In this document: in pieces, positions 9,439-18,959 of the stretch
Layout of the letters: the number at the start of each line of letters is the position of its first letter
Position numbering within the stretch: the first letter of the stretch is position 1
Assembly (NCBI GenBank): GCA_050916045.1
Contig: CP051526.1
Span: 2,720,001-2,784,000 of the forward strand
Reading direction: 5' to 3'
DNA: 64,000 bases
Origin: Tepidisphaera sp.
Lineage (GTDB): Bacteria > Planctomycetota > Phycisphaerae > Phycisphaerales > UBA1924
Notes under the pieces: generated by a model
The model's database searches: none
Seen by the model: only the letters and a program-made list of their open reading frames with translations
What the model was told of the DNA's origin: nothing
Position numbers and translations under genes: made by a program

Positions 9439-12237
9439 ATGGTTCGCCTGACTTCCACGCTCAGCCTCGCCTTTCTGACCGCCGCCGCATCGGGACAGAC
9501 CATCGGCGTCCTTCCCACGCTTTACCGGCTTGGGGATGGCAACGCGCCCGTGCCCACGCTTCGCTTTGACAACAACCTCGCCCGCATGAACATGCACGCG
9601 TGGTACCGGGATGGGCGGGACAAGCCGGCGGTGCTTGCGGTCGTGGGCTGGGTGGAGCAGGACGGCGTCGCGGGGAGCATGGCGACGTGGGATGGCGTGC
9701 GGTGGACGGTTTACCCGGAGGTTCCAAACGCGAACCACATCGGTCGCTCGACGATCCATGATCCCGACGGACCCGGCCCCGAGCCGGAGCGGATCTACGC
9801 CATTCGGATGGGCCAGTCGCCGAGCCGGGTGGTGATGTGGAACGGGACGGCGTGGGCACCGGTGGGCGCGATGACGGAGTCGATCACCAGCTCGTGGGGA
9901 GCGCTCGCGAGCTTCGACCCCGACGGCGATGGGCCGCAGGTCCCGTGGCTTGTGCACGCGAATCAGCGTGTCTCGGCGTGGATGAGCGGCTCGTGGGTGG
10001 ACCTTGGCTTGGTGCAAAGCCCCGCACCGCACCGCGTCGCCGGGTTGCAGACGTTTGACCCGGACGGGCCCGGACCGCGTCCTCCGCTCCTCGCGATCTC
10101 GGGGTTTTTCACGGCCGTGGGCGGCGTTCCCGCGACGAACGTGGCGGTGATGAACGGCATCGACTGGGAAGCGATCCCGGGCCTCGCGGCGACGCAGGTC
10201 CCAGGTCAGATGTGCCTGCACGATTTCGACGGTGAGGGCGGCGTTCCGGCCGAGCTTGTGATTCCGGTGCGAGCGACGGTCGGCGGCGTGGCGACCGAGC
10301 TTGTCGCGTGGGACGGCGATGCGGTCCGCCGCGTGGTAAGCGGGACCTACGACACCGTCTCGAACATCCCCTACCCGAAGAACGCCGCTTCGATCTCCGT
10401 TCCGGGCGTGATGGAGGGCTTGCTTGGGTTCGGTCAGTTCGCTTCGTTCGGCGGTTCGCCGGTGGCGAGTGTGGGTCGCGTCGATGCAGCTTCGAGCGCG
10501 ATTCTTCCGCTTTCGTCGGCGGCGGGCGCCGGGTTCACGAGCTACGTCGATTCGGTGGTGGCGGTCGACCTGGATGGCACGGGCCCGTTGCCGGCCGAGG
10601 TCTTCGCGATCGGTCCGATGCAGCAGTCCAACGGGATCACCATGCCGGGTGTCACGCGCTGGAACGGGCGGCAGTGGCAGCCGATGACGGGAGGTTTCAC
10701 GTTTCAGGGTAACCCGTACGCGGACATCGACGGAATCTCGGTGATCGATCTGGACGGAGACGGGCCTGCCGGCGAAACAACGTTCCTCAGGGGCGATTTC
10801 ACGGAGTACGCCGGCGTGTACGGCTACGGCGGGATCGCCGCCGTCGTGAACGGGGTCGTGTCGCCTGTGGGCGTGGGAATCCGAGATGCGCTTTGCGAGC
10901 CCGGCGAGGTGCTCAACTTCGACCCTGACGCGGACGGACCGGCGCCGGCGCAACTTCTCGCGACGGGCATTCAGCTCGCGCGATTCGATGGTTCGCTGTG
11001 GAGCACCATCTGGAACGGCACGGGGCTGAGGGACATGATCACGCACGACTTTGACGGTCAGGGACCGCTGCCGCCGCGAGCGATCATCGGCGGGTTCATC
11101 AGTCAAGGCGGCGTCAACCAGTACGACGGCTCCACGGTCAGCCCCGTGGGCATCACCTCCGAGCTCAGTGAGCAGGGAGGCCGCGTTTCCGCGTTGCTCA
11201 GTTCCGATCCCGACGGACCGGATGGGCCCGGACTACCGCTCCTGTACGCGGCCGGCTCGGGTATCCGCGGGAGGATCCTCGTGTACAACGGAGTGTCATG
11301 GAATCAGGTCGGAAGCGGCTGGCGCACCGATCCCCGCGACCTCGTCGAGCTCGACATGGATGGGGATGGCACGCTTGAGGTGGTCGGGTGCAGCCAGCCC
11401 TTCGAAGCGGATCCCGGCGTCGGCGCGGGCCTGAGCGGGTGGAACGGCACCACCTGGACGCGTTACGACACGCTCGACGAGACCTTCTACCCGACCTGCA
11501 TGGCCGTGCTCGACACCGATGGCGACGGACCGACTCCGCCCGCCCTCTACGTCGGCGGCCGATCGATCCCGGATACGGGTTTCCTCGGAGGTTGGATCAA
11601 GCGATGGAACGTCGCGACCCAAACGCTTGATCCGGTCACTTCCGACTTCGGCGTTCTCGGCGTCGTGAGCATGGATGTCGAACGCCCCTACGGAGCGGGC
11701 GGGCCGCAGCGTCTGGTCATCGGAACCGATGGCGGGAGTGTCGAGCTTGCGCTTGTTTTCCGCTACAGCCACTTCGGCCGGGCTTGGCTGACCGAGGAAC
11801 CCGCCGACGTTTCCGGCGAGGAAGGCTCGGCCGTGACGCTCACCGCGAGTGTCCACCCGGCGTACGTCGGAGCGACCTACGAGTGGCACCGCAATGGCGT
11901 GGCGACGGGCTTTGCCGGTTCGTTCACCAGCGAAACGCTGACAGCCACGTTCTCCATCCCGAGCTTGAACGCGTCGAACGTCGGCGACTATCAGCTCATG
12001 ATGACCAACGCCGCCGGCGTTTCGATGAGCCGCCCCGCTTCGGTCTCGATCGACGCGGGCTGCGCCGCGGACTTCAACGGGGATGACTTCCTGGACTTCT
12101 TCGACTACGACGACTTCGTCGGCTGCTTCGAGAGCGGAGCGTGCCCGGAAGGCAAGACCGCCGATTTCAACGGTGACGACTTCGTGGACTTCTTCGACTA
12201 CGACGACTTCGTCGCCGCGTTCGAAACCGGCTGCTGA
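9439..12237 (+). CDS. Large secreted beta-propeller (DxDGxGP repeats) + Ig-like domain + C-terminal GC-type dockerin-like module
   Basis: AAGGAG RBS; signal peptide; about 11 DxDGxG(P) motifs; YEWHRNG...GDYQLMMTN Ig signature; ends DFNGDDFVDFFDYDDFVAAFETGC. Confidence 0.85.
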   Translation: MVRLTSTLSLAFLTAAASGQTIGVLPTLYRLGDGNAPVPTLRFDNNLARMNMHAWYRDGRDKPAVLAVVGWVEQDGVAGSMATWDGVRWTVYPEVPNANHIGRSTIHDPDGPGPEPERIYAIRMGQSPSRVVMWNGTAWAPVGAMTESITSSWGALASFDPDGDGPQVPWLVHANQRVSAWMSGSWVDLGLVQSPAPHRVAGLQTFDPDGPGPRPPLLAISGFFTAVGGVPATNVAVMNGIDWEAIPGLAATQVPGQMCLHDFDGEGGVPAELVIPVRATVGGVATELVAWDGDAVRRVVSGTYDTVSNIPYPKNAASISVPGVMEGLLGFGQFASFGGSPVASVGRVDAASSAILPLSSAAGAGFTSYVDSVVAVDLDGTGPLPAEVFAIGPMQQSNGITMPGVTRWNGRQWQPMTGGFTFQGNPYADIDGISVIDLDGDGPAGETTFLRGDFTEYAGVYGYGGIAAVVNGVVSPVGVGIRDALCEPGEVLNFDPDADGPAPAQLLATGIQLARFDGSLWSTIWNGTGLRDMITHDFDGQGPLPPRAIIGGFISQGGVNQYDGSTVSPVGITSELSEQGGRVSALLSSDPDGPDGPGLPLLYAAGSGIRGRILVYNGVSWNQVGSGWRTDPRDLVELDMDGDGTLEVVGCSQPFEADPGVGAGLSGWNGTTWTRYDTLDETFYPTCMAVLDTDGDGPTPPALYVGGRSIPDTGFLGGWIKRWNVATQTLDPVTSDFGVLGVVSMDVERPYGAGGPQRLVIGTDGGSVELALVFRYSHFGRAWLTEEPADVSGEEGSAVTLTASVHPAYVGATYEWHRNGVATGFAGSFTSETLTATFSIPSLNASNVGDYQLMMTNAAGVSMSRPASVSIDAGCAADFNGDDFLDFFDYDDFVGCFESGACPEGKTADFNGDDFVDFFDYDDFVAAFETGC

Positions 12238-12264
12238 TCACGGCGACATCTGAAGACAGAACGA

Positions 12265-12300
12265 CGAGGCCCGCGGCGACGCGGGCCTCGGTTCTTTTTC
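12265..12300 (+). terminator. Rho-independent terminator
   Basis: CGAGGCCCGCG-GCGA-CGCGGGCCTCG then GTTCTTTTTC. Confidence 0.8.
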
Positions 12301-12316
12301 ATGCAAGGTGATCGCG

Positions 12317-12354
12317 AAAACGCAAACCGCCCCGACGGACGTCGGGGCGGTTTG
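12317..12354 (-). terminator. Rho-independent terminator of rplS
   Basis: Perfect 14-bp stem CAAACCGCCCCGAC/GTCGGGGCGGTTTG followed by a T-rich run on the minus strand. Confidence 0.8.
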
Positions 12355-12376
12355 ATCAGGATCGGATTGAAGCAGC

Positions 12377-12784
12377 TCAGGCCTTCGGGGCCGGAGGAGC
12401 GCCAACGGCGCCGGAACCGGCGACGTGCTTGAGCTTCTTGCGGCGGTCGCGGAGGCGCTGGCTCTTGCCCTCGCGGTCGCGGAGGTAGTAGAGCTTGGCG
12501 CGGCGGGCGTCGCCGTGGCGGAGGATCGTGTACTTGGAGACCAGCGGCGTGTGGATCGGGATGATGCGCTCGACGCCGATGCCGTCGACGATCTTGCGGA
12601 TCACGATCGTCTCGTTGATGCCGCTACCCGAGCGGGAGATGAGCACACCCTGGAAGTCCTGCGTGCGCTCCTTCTCGCCTTCGACGATGCGGAAGGTCGC
12701 GACCATCGTGTCACCGATGCTCATGACCGGGAGGTCTTTCTTGAGGTGCTCGTTGCCGATGGAATCGAGAAGTTGCTGAGACAT
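12377..12784 (-). CDS. rplS: 50S ribosomal protein L19
   Basis: GDT....RIVEGEKERTQDFQGVLI, GVERIIP, RRAKLYYLRDREGK. Confidence 0.97.
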   Translation of the reverse strand: MSQQLLDSIGNEHLKKDLPVMSIGDTMVATFRIVEGEKERTQDFQGVLISRSGSGINETIVIRKIVDGIGVERIIPIHTPLVSKYTILRHGDARRAKLYYLRDREGKSQRLRDRRKKLKHVAGSGAVGAPPAPKA

Positions 12785-13023
12785 GAGTAAGGTCCGTTCG
12801 TTTGGTATTCGACCGGGATCGGTCGGGAGGGAATGGTAGACGGACGCCCGGGCCGGTTCCACTGCCGCCAAGCCCAGTCCACCCGCCGCCACCGCCACCC
12901 CACCGCCACCCTCGCCTCCGCGGCCACGCGACACGTCCGCAAACACCGGCAAACTGGCTGCCCTGCCCCGGACTGCATCGGAATCACTGGCCGCCGCAGC
13001 GTAAGTGTTTATCATAGCTGACC

Positions 13024-13848
13024 ATGCGCACACTTTCCGCCGCCCTTGCCCTCCTCGTCGCCTCGGCCGCGCAGGCCCAAGCCCAATACTGGGTCACCTA
13101 CGACCCCGCCGCCGGGACCCTTCCGCAAGCCCAGTGCTGGGACCTGAACCGTTCCTCCGGCCAGCCCGACCCGACCCTCGCCAACGGTGAGCTCACGATC
13201 GGGCCGTCGACCTACGGCGGCACCCTTTTCTACGACCGCGACGCTTCGATCGACTTCTCGCGCGGCGCGGTGATGGAAGCGGACATCTTCATCGTGAACT
13301 CCGCCTACGCGACCAACCCCTGCGGCGCGGGACAGCGAGCCGGCACCATCATCGGCATGAACGACATCGCCAACCGTCGCCTCAACGTCGGCATCGGCAA
13401 TGGCTGGGTCTTCCTGAGCACCATCGACAACGCGGTCGTCGGAAGCCCCTTCGCCCCCAGAGCCCAGGTCCAGTGCCAAGGTGTCTGGAAGCGATTCCGC
13501 CTCGAGGTGGCAAGCGGTACCGCCACGCTTCTGATCGACGGCGTGCCGACGCTTTCGGTCGCGGTTGGCAACACGGGTTCCGCGTCACGACGCGTCTACT
13601 TCGGGGATGGATCGGTCTGCGCCGCGGGCCACGCGAAGTTCGGCTTGGTGAGGTTCCTCGCGCAGGACGACTGCCCGGTGGACTTCACCCGCGATGGGTT
13701 CGTCGATTTCTTCGATTACGACGCGTATGTGTCGTGCTTTGAGGGCGGCCCCTGCCCCTGCGACCAGACGCCGGACTTCAACGGCGACGGGTTCGCGGAC
13801 TTCTTTGATTACGATGAATTCGTGGCCGCCTTCGAGAACGGCTGCTGA
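13024..13848 (+). CDS. Secreted beta-sandwich (ConA/LamG-like) protein with C-terminal GC-type dockerin-like module; tandem paralog 1
   Basis: Signal peptide; WKRFRLEV...TLLIDG; ends DFNGDGFADFFDYDEFVAAFENGC; 825 nt. Confidence 0.85.
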   Translation: MRTLSAALALLVASAAQAQAQYWVTYDPAAGTLPQAQCWDLNRSSGQPDPTLANGELTIGPSTYGGTLFYDRDASIDFSRGAVMEADIFIVNSAYATNPCGAGQRAGTIIGMNDIANRRLNVGIGNGWVFLSTIDNAVVGSPFAPRAQVQCQGVWKRFRLEVASGTATLLIDGVPTLSVAVGNTGSASRRVYFGDGSVCAAGHAKFGLVRFLAQDDCPVDFTRDGFVDFFDYDAYVSCFEGGPCPCDQTPDFNGDGFADFFDYDEFVAAFENGC

Positions 13849-13861
13849 GGAGCTTGAATCC

Positions 13862-14686
13862 ATGCGTTTGCACTCGTTCCTGGCGGCTCTCACAACCATC
13901 GCGGCTTCGCACGCTTCGGCGCAGGAGGTCTGGCTGACGTACGAAGCCTCTGACGGCACGCTTCCCTCAGAGCAGTGCTGGGACCTCATTCGCAGCGGCG
14001 GGCCCGTGCCAACGCTCGAGAACGGCGCCGTCAACATCGGACCGTCATCGACGGGCGGCTACATCTATTTCGAGCGCGAGATGTCCATCGACTTCTCGCA
14101 GGGCGCGGCGATCGAAGCCGAGGTCTTCATCGAATACTCCGACTACGGCGCCAATCCCTGCGGCGCCGGCCCGCGAGCCGGCTTCTACCTCACGATGTTC
14201 GACGTCTCGGGACGGCTGATGTACCTGGGAGTCGGGAGCAACGTCGTGTACCTCACCTCCGACGCTTCACGCTCGCACGGCGCCGGCTCGCCGATCGCGA
14301 CCGTGCCGATGGCCGGACGGTGGCGGACGATCCGCGTCGAGATCGAAAGCGGCGTGATGACGGCCTTCATCGACGGCGTGGAGACGCTCACCACGCCCGT
14401 GAACGGTCCGATTTTCGGCACGACGCGACGCGCATCCTTCGGGGATGAATCTGTGTGCGCCGGCTCGCAGTCACGCGTGCGATCCGTCCGCGTGCTCGCC
14501 CGCGAGGAATGCCGCGTGGATTTCAACCGCGATCGGTTCGTCGATTTCTTTGATTATGACGCGTACGTCTCGTGCTTCGAGGGCGGCGACTGCCCCTGCG
14601 ACCAGACGCCGGACTTCAACGGCGACGGATTCGCGGACTTCTTCGATTACGATGAGTTCGTGGCTTCGTTCGAGAGTGGGTGCTGA
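13862..14686 (+). CDS. Secreted beta-sandwich protein with C-terminal GC-type dockerin-like module; tandem paralog 2
   Basis: Start MRLHSFL at 13862; colinear with paralog 1, also 825 nt; ends FVASFESGC. Confidence 0.85.
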   Translation: MRLHSFLAALTTIAASHASAQEVWLTYEASDGTLPSEQCWDLIRSGGPVPTLENGAVNIGPSSTGGYIYFEREMSIDFSQGAAIEAEVFIEYSDYGANPCGAGPRAGFYLTMFDVSGRLMYLGVGSNVVYLTSDASRSHGAGSPIATVPMAGRWRTIRVEIESGVMTAFIDGVETLTTPVNGPIFGTTRRASFGDESVCAGSQSRVRSVRVLAREECRVDFNRDRFVDFFDYDAYVSCFEGGDCPCDQTPDFNGDGFADFFDYDEFVASFESGC

Positions 14687-14927
14687 GAGTCGGTAGCACC
14701 GATCGACGTGGGCGTTCGTCGTCGCGAGTTTCATCTCCAGTCTTTTGGCTTGTCCCAACCCGCACGTTGGGTGGTCACGCTCGCTCGGCGGCCGCGGGCC
14801 GCTCGCGCCAGCCTGGCGGGCGCACCATCGAGCGCTGGACCGTGTCCGGTCCGCCGGAAGTTCACGCGAGGTCGATATGTGTTGAATGAGGCCCGCACGC
14901 GGGCGGTCGGACCAGAGTGAGGCGGGG

Positions 14928-16550
14928 TTAGCAGCCGGTTTCGAACGCTTGCACGAAGTCGCTGTAGTCGAAGAAGTCGGTAAAGCCGTCACCGTTGAAA
15001 TCCGAGCCTTGGCCGCCGGATTCGAACGCTTCGACGTAGTCGCTGTAGTCGAAGAAATCGACGAAATCGTCGCCGTTGAAGTCCGCCGGGCATCCGGCGG
15101 GAGCCGGGCCGATCGTGCCGCCGAAGTTCACGTTCTGCGCGAGCAGGTCCGCATCGCCCGCGGGGCCGTCGGCCCAGGCTCCGATCAGTTGGTCGCGGCC
15201 GACGGACTTGACCACGCTCAAGCGGCCCTTGGCGGTGAACCGCGTGGAGACTGGGAGGATCGCGGGCGACCACGCCGCAGCGCCCGACGCGTCCAGCGAG
15301 GTTGCTTGGATCTCCTGCGTGACCGGGCCGGTGTACTGCTGCCACATGAGGTACGAGTCGCCGGAGGGTTCGGCGTGAACGGTGATGAAGTTTGACTGGA
15401 ACCCGCCGAGCGGGACGACCTCGGCGCCCGTGCCCCAGAGCAGGCCGGTCTCGGGGCTGATGCGCTGGACGGACAAGCCGAACTGGCTCTGGTTCGGGTT
15501 GCTCCGCTGGTACGCGAGGTTGTATTCATCGTTCAGTGCGTCGAACGCGACCGAAGCGGAGAGGCGAAGCTCGGTTGAACTCGGCGCGTTGGAAGCGGCG
15601 ATGCCGCCGGCTTGGAACCGGAGCGTGCCCGCGGCGGTGACGTGTTGAAGCCAGGCGTTGCGTGTGGCTCCGTTGTCGTAGAACGCGACAATCGCGCCGC
15701 CGGAGCCGTCGGGGATGATCGTCGGGAAGTAGCCGTTCTGGATGCTTCGGAGCGGGGTCTGCGATGAGGTATAGATGTCGATCGGGCTTCCCTGGCCGCC
15801 CGAGCCGGACCAGAGCGGGGCGTTGGCGGCGTTCCACTTCTGGATCTTGAGGCCCTTGCGCGAGGCTTGGAAGGAGGTCGTCTCGCCCCGGACCCACAGG
15901 GCGATCACCTCGCCGGCGTTGCCGGCTTGGAGGTCGCTGATCGCTTGAAAGCGACCGGTCTCGGTGACGGACCAGGAGCCGCCGGCGGGGATCTGGCCGT
16001 CGGCGGCGATGCGCTGGAAGTTCAGGACGTTGCTCGAAGCCCATGCGACGACGTACGAACCGTCCGAGAGCGCGGCGACGCGCGGAGCGAGCACGTTGGC
16101 GGTGTTGGGCACCTGCACGCCGGCTGCGCCCCAGACGAGCGTGCCGTCGGGCGCGACCTTCTGCACCGTGACGACCGTGGTGCCCGAGCTGTCATCGTCA
16201 AACGCGACGATCGCGTTGCCGAGAGGGTCAACCTTCATGTCGTAGACGAAGGTCGCGGTGTTGGTGCGGTTGGCGAGGATGGGGCCGTTGCCGGGGAGGA
16301 GCCGCTCGCCCGTCGCTGAGAGTCGCTGGATGGCGGGCTTGTACCCGCTGCCGGAGCTGGTGTCGAAGTAGGAGACCCACGCTCCGCCGTCGGCGGTCGG
16401 ACGGACGAGCGGGACGCCCTGGTCGCCCGCGCCGGTCGCGACAGGCGTGTTCACGGTCGTATCGGTCGCCCACTGGGCGAGGGCGGGGGTCGCGAGCGTG
16501 CCCGCGGAGATGAAGACAAGGCTCGCTACGACCATCGACGCTGAACGCAT
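14928..16550 (-). CDS. Secreted repeat protein (DGxGG..VxW / QRl..dG..lW repeats) with C-terminal GC-type dockerin-like module
   Basis: Signal peptide ending ALA-Q; ends DFNGDGFTDFFDYSDFVQAFETGC. Confidence 0.85.
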   Translation of the reverse strand: MRSASMVVASLVFISAGTLATPALAQWATDTTVNTPVATGAGDQGVPLVRPTADGGAWVSYFDTSSGSGYKPAIQRLSATGERLLPGNGPILANRTNTATFVYDMKVDPLGNAIVAFDDDSSGTTVVTVQKVAPDGTLVWGAAGVQVPNTANVLAPRVAALSDGSYVVAWASSNVLNFQRIAADGQIPAGGSWSVTETGRFQAISDLQAGNAGEVIALWVRGETTSFQASRKGLKIQKWNAANAPLWSGSGGQGSPIDIYTSSQTPLRSIQNGYFPTIIPDGSGGAIVAFYDNGATRNAWLQHVTAAGTLRFQAGGIAASNAPSSTELRLSASVAFDALNDEYNLAYQRSNPNQSQFGLSVQRISPETGLLWGTGAEVVPLGGFQSNFITVHAEPSGDSYLMWQQYTGPVTQEIQATSLDASGAAAWSPAILPVSTRFTAKGRLSVVKSVGRDQLIGAWADGPAGDADLLAQNVNFGGTIGPAPAGCPADFNGDDFVDFFDYSDYVEAFESGGQGSDFNGDGFTDFFDYSDFVQAFETGC

Positions 16551-16732
16551 GACCGATCCTCTCTCAAGTGTCGCCGTGCCCGGTCCGCACGCGCGGATGA
16601 TCGCAAAACGGCGGGCAGACACCGTGTTGCTTTGTACGGAGCGGAGCCTGTTCGGTTCCGACACCGGGTGAATGTACCGGAAGTCCGCGCCAAGACCAAG
16701 CGAGATTCGTCGGTTCGGGCGAAACAGGAAGA

Positions 16733-17443
16733 TCAGAGCAGATCCGGCCGCCGCTCACGCGTGCGGGTTTGCATCTGTTCGAGGCGCCACTTGGCGATCT
16801 TGCCGTGGTCGCCGGAGAGGAGCACGTCGGGGACCGTGCGGCCCTCCCACTCGCGCGGCTTGGTGTAGTGAGGACAGTCGAGCAGGCGCTCACCGGCGGG
16901 GCCGAGCTTGCCGAAGCTGTCGGTCGCTGCGGAGCCCTCATCGCCGAGGGCGCCGGGCAGGAGACGCGTCACGGCGTCGATGAGCACGATCGCGCCGAGC
17001 TCTCCGCCGGAGATGACGTAATCGCCGAGGGAGATCTCCAGGGGCGCAAGAGCTTCGATGACGCGTTCGTCGATCCCCTCGTAGTGCCCGGCGATGATGA
17101 GGAGGCGCGGCTTGGTCGCGAGGTCCTCGACGACGGCCTGCGTGAGCGGGCGGCCCTGCGGGGTCATGAGGATGCGCGTCGCGGGGCGAGGATCGGCGGC
17201 TTCCACGGCGGTGACGGCGTCCCAAAGCGGCTGACACATCATGACCATGCCCGGCCCGCCGCCGAAGGGGCGATCGTCGGTCTTGCGGTGCTTGTTGGTC
17301 GTGTACTGGCGGATGTCGGTCGCGTGCCACTCGACCAAGCCGGCGGCGCGGGCGCGAGCGGGGATGCTCACGCCCAAGGCGGCGGGCGATTCGGCGGTAA
17401 ACATCTCGGGGAAGGTCGTGAGGATGTCGACGCGGAGGGGCAT
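16733..17443 (-). CDS. trmD: tRNA (guanine-N1)-methyltransferase
   Basis: DILTTFPEMF, DDRPFGGGPGMVM, GHYEGIDERV, ISLGDYVISGGE, PHYTKP. Confidence 0.97.
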   Translation of the reverse strand: MPLRVDILTTFPEMFTAESPAALGVSIPARARAAGLVEWHATDIRQYTTNKHRKTDDRPFGGGPGMVMMCQPLWDAVTAVEAADPRPATRILMTPQGRPLTQAVVEDLATKPRLLIIAGHYEGIDERVIEALAPLEISLGDYVISGGELGAIVLIDAVTRLLPGALGDEGSAATDSFGKLGPAGERLLDCPHYTKPREWEGRTVPDVLLSGDHGKIAKWRLEQMQTRTRERRPDLL

Positions 17444-17470
17444 GGTCGGTCGGCGTTCCAGGAAGGGGTC

Positions 17471-17507
17471 CCAAGAAAGAAGCCCGAGGACATGCCCCGG
17501 GCTTCTT
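17471..17507 (-). terminator. Terminator/attenuator-like hairpin between rpsP and trmD
   Basis: mRNA AAGAAGCCCGGGG-CAUGU-CCUCGGGCUUCUU-UCUU. Confidence 0.65.
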
Positions 17508-17536
17508 GGTAATTCATCGGGCATGTCGAGAAGGGA

Positions 17537-17872
17537 TTACTTCTTCTCTTCCTTCGCGGGCGCGGCGGCGATGCGGGCTTCGACGTCCTTGCGGCGCTGG
17601 GACCGGCGGGCTTCCCAAGCTTTGAGGCCGCAGAGGTTCCGCTTGGCGAGGAAGTCCTCGACGGTCTCGGAGGGCTTGGCGCCGACGGAGAGCCAGTACT
17701 TCACGCGCTCTTCGTTGATGTTGAGGCCCTTGGCCGAATCCTGCTCGCGCGGGTCGTACCAGCCGAGGTTCTCGAGGCACGGGCCGTCACGACGAACGCG
17801 GCCATCGATCGCCGCGAGGCGGTAGAAGGGACGGTTGTGACGGCCGGTACGCTGGAAGCGAAGTCGAACCAC
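17537..17872 (-). CDS. rpsP: 30S ribosomal protein S16
   Basis: GTG start; VRLRFQRTGRHNRPFYRL, RDG..LENLGWYDP, YWLSVGAKPSETV. Confidence 0.96.
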   Translation of the reverse strand: MVRLRFQRTGRHNRPFYRLAAIDGRVRRDGPCLENLGWYDPREQDSAKGLNINEERVKYWLSVGAKPSETVEDFLAKRNLCGLKAWEARRSQRRKDVEARIAAAPAKEEKK

Positions 17873-17996
17873 TTGAGGCTCCGATAGAGTCAGGGGACGT
17901 GTGCAAACTTGGACGACCGGGACCCAAACCCGGGCCTCGACTATATTCCGCGCTGCCGGACGATTCCAGTCGCCGGATTCACGCCGATTCGACCCC

Positions 17997-18833
17997 ATGA
18001 CCGATCAAAGACCGACCATTCCGACGCCGGGACACCCCACCGCGACCCCGCTCCTGTCCGTCAAGGGGCTTGTCGTTCGATTTCCGCAGCGAAGCGGCAT
18101 CCTGCAGCGGGTCGTCGGCTGGTCTCGAGCGGTCGACGGCGTTTCTTTCGACCTCGCCCGGGGGGAATCCCTCGGCCTCGTCGGGGAGTCCGGGAGCGGG
18201 AAATCGACCGTCGCCCGGGCGGTGGTCCGTCTGGTTGAAGCGGCCGAGGGGACCATCTCGCTCTGGGGCGAGGATCTGCGGCAGGCCCGGGGGGTCGGGC
18301 TCAAACGCCTCCGCCGCCGAGTCCAGATGATCTTTCAGGACCCCGCCGGAAGCCTCAACCCACGCATGCGTATCGGTGACATCGTCGCCGAGCCGCTCAT
18401 CGTCCACGGCGAAGCCGGCACCAAGCACGAACTCACGCAGCGCGTCGGAGGGCTGCTGGAACGGTGCGGGATGCCGGCGGCTTGCATGGACCGTTTCCCG
18501 CACCAGTTCAGCGGCGGGCAGAGGCAGCGGATCGCGATCGCGCGGGCTTTGGCGCTCACGCCCGAGCTCATCGTCTGCGACGAACCGACGAGCGCCCTGG
18601 ATGTGTCGATCCAGGCGCAGATCTTGAATCTGCTGAAGGATCTCCAGCGCGAGCGCGGCCTCAGCTACCTCTTCATCAGCCATGACATGGGCGTGATTCA
18701 GCACATGTGCGACCGGATCGCGGTCATGCGAGCCGGAAAGATCGTCGAAATGGGCCCGCGGGACGAGGTGCTCGAAACCCCGCGTGAGGACTACACCCGG
18801 TCGCTCCTCGCCGCCGTGCCGAACGCGGGATGA
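17997..18833 (+). CDS. Oligopeptide/dipeptide ABC transporter ATP-binding protein (OppF/AppF-like)
   Basis: GESGSGKS, QMIFQDP, FSGGQRQR, CDEPTSALD, ISHD. Confidence 0.93.
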   Translation: MTDQRPTIPTPGHPTATPLLSVKGLVVRFPQRSGILQRVVGWSRAVDGVSFDLARGESLGLVGESGSGKSTVARAVVRLVEAAEGTISLWGEDLRQARGVGLKRLRRRVQMIFQDPAGSLNPRMRIGDIVAEPLIVHGEAGTKHELTQRVGGLLERCGMPAACMDRFPHQFSGGQRQRIAIARALALTPELIVCDEPTSALDVSIQAQILNLLKDLQRERGLSYLFISHDMGVIQHMCDRIAVMRAGKIVEMGPRDEVLETPREDYTRSLLAAVPNAG

Positions 18834-18959
18834 AAGTTCCTTCATGCTCCGCGTGCGCAAAGCTCGCGCAAATGCAGCAGCGGTGAGGAACCGCGTCACC
18901 GCATGAGGAGAAAGGACTGCGTGCCGTTTCGGCGTTCAACTCTCCATGGAGGATTCAGC

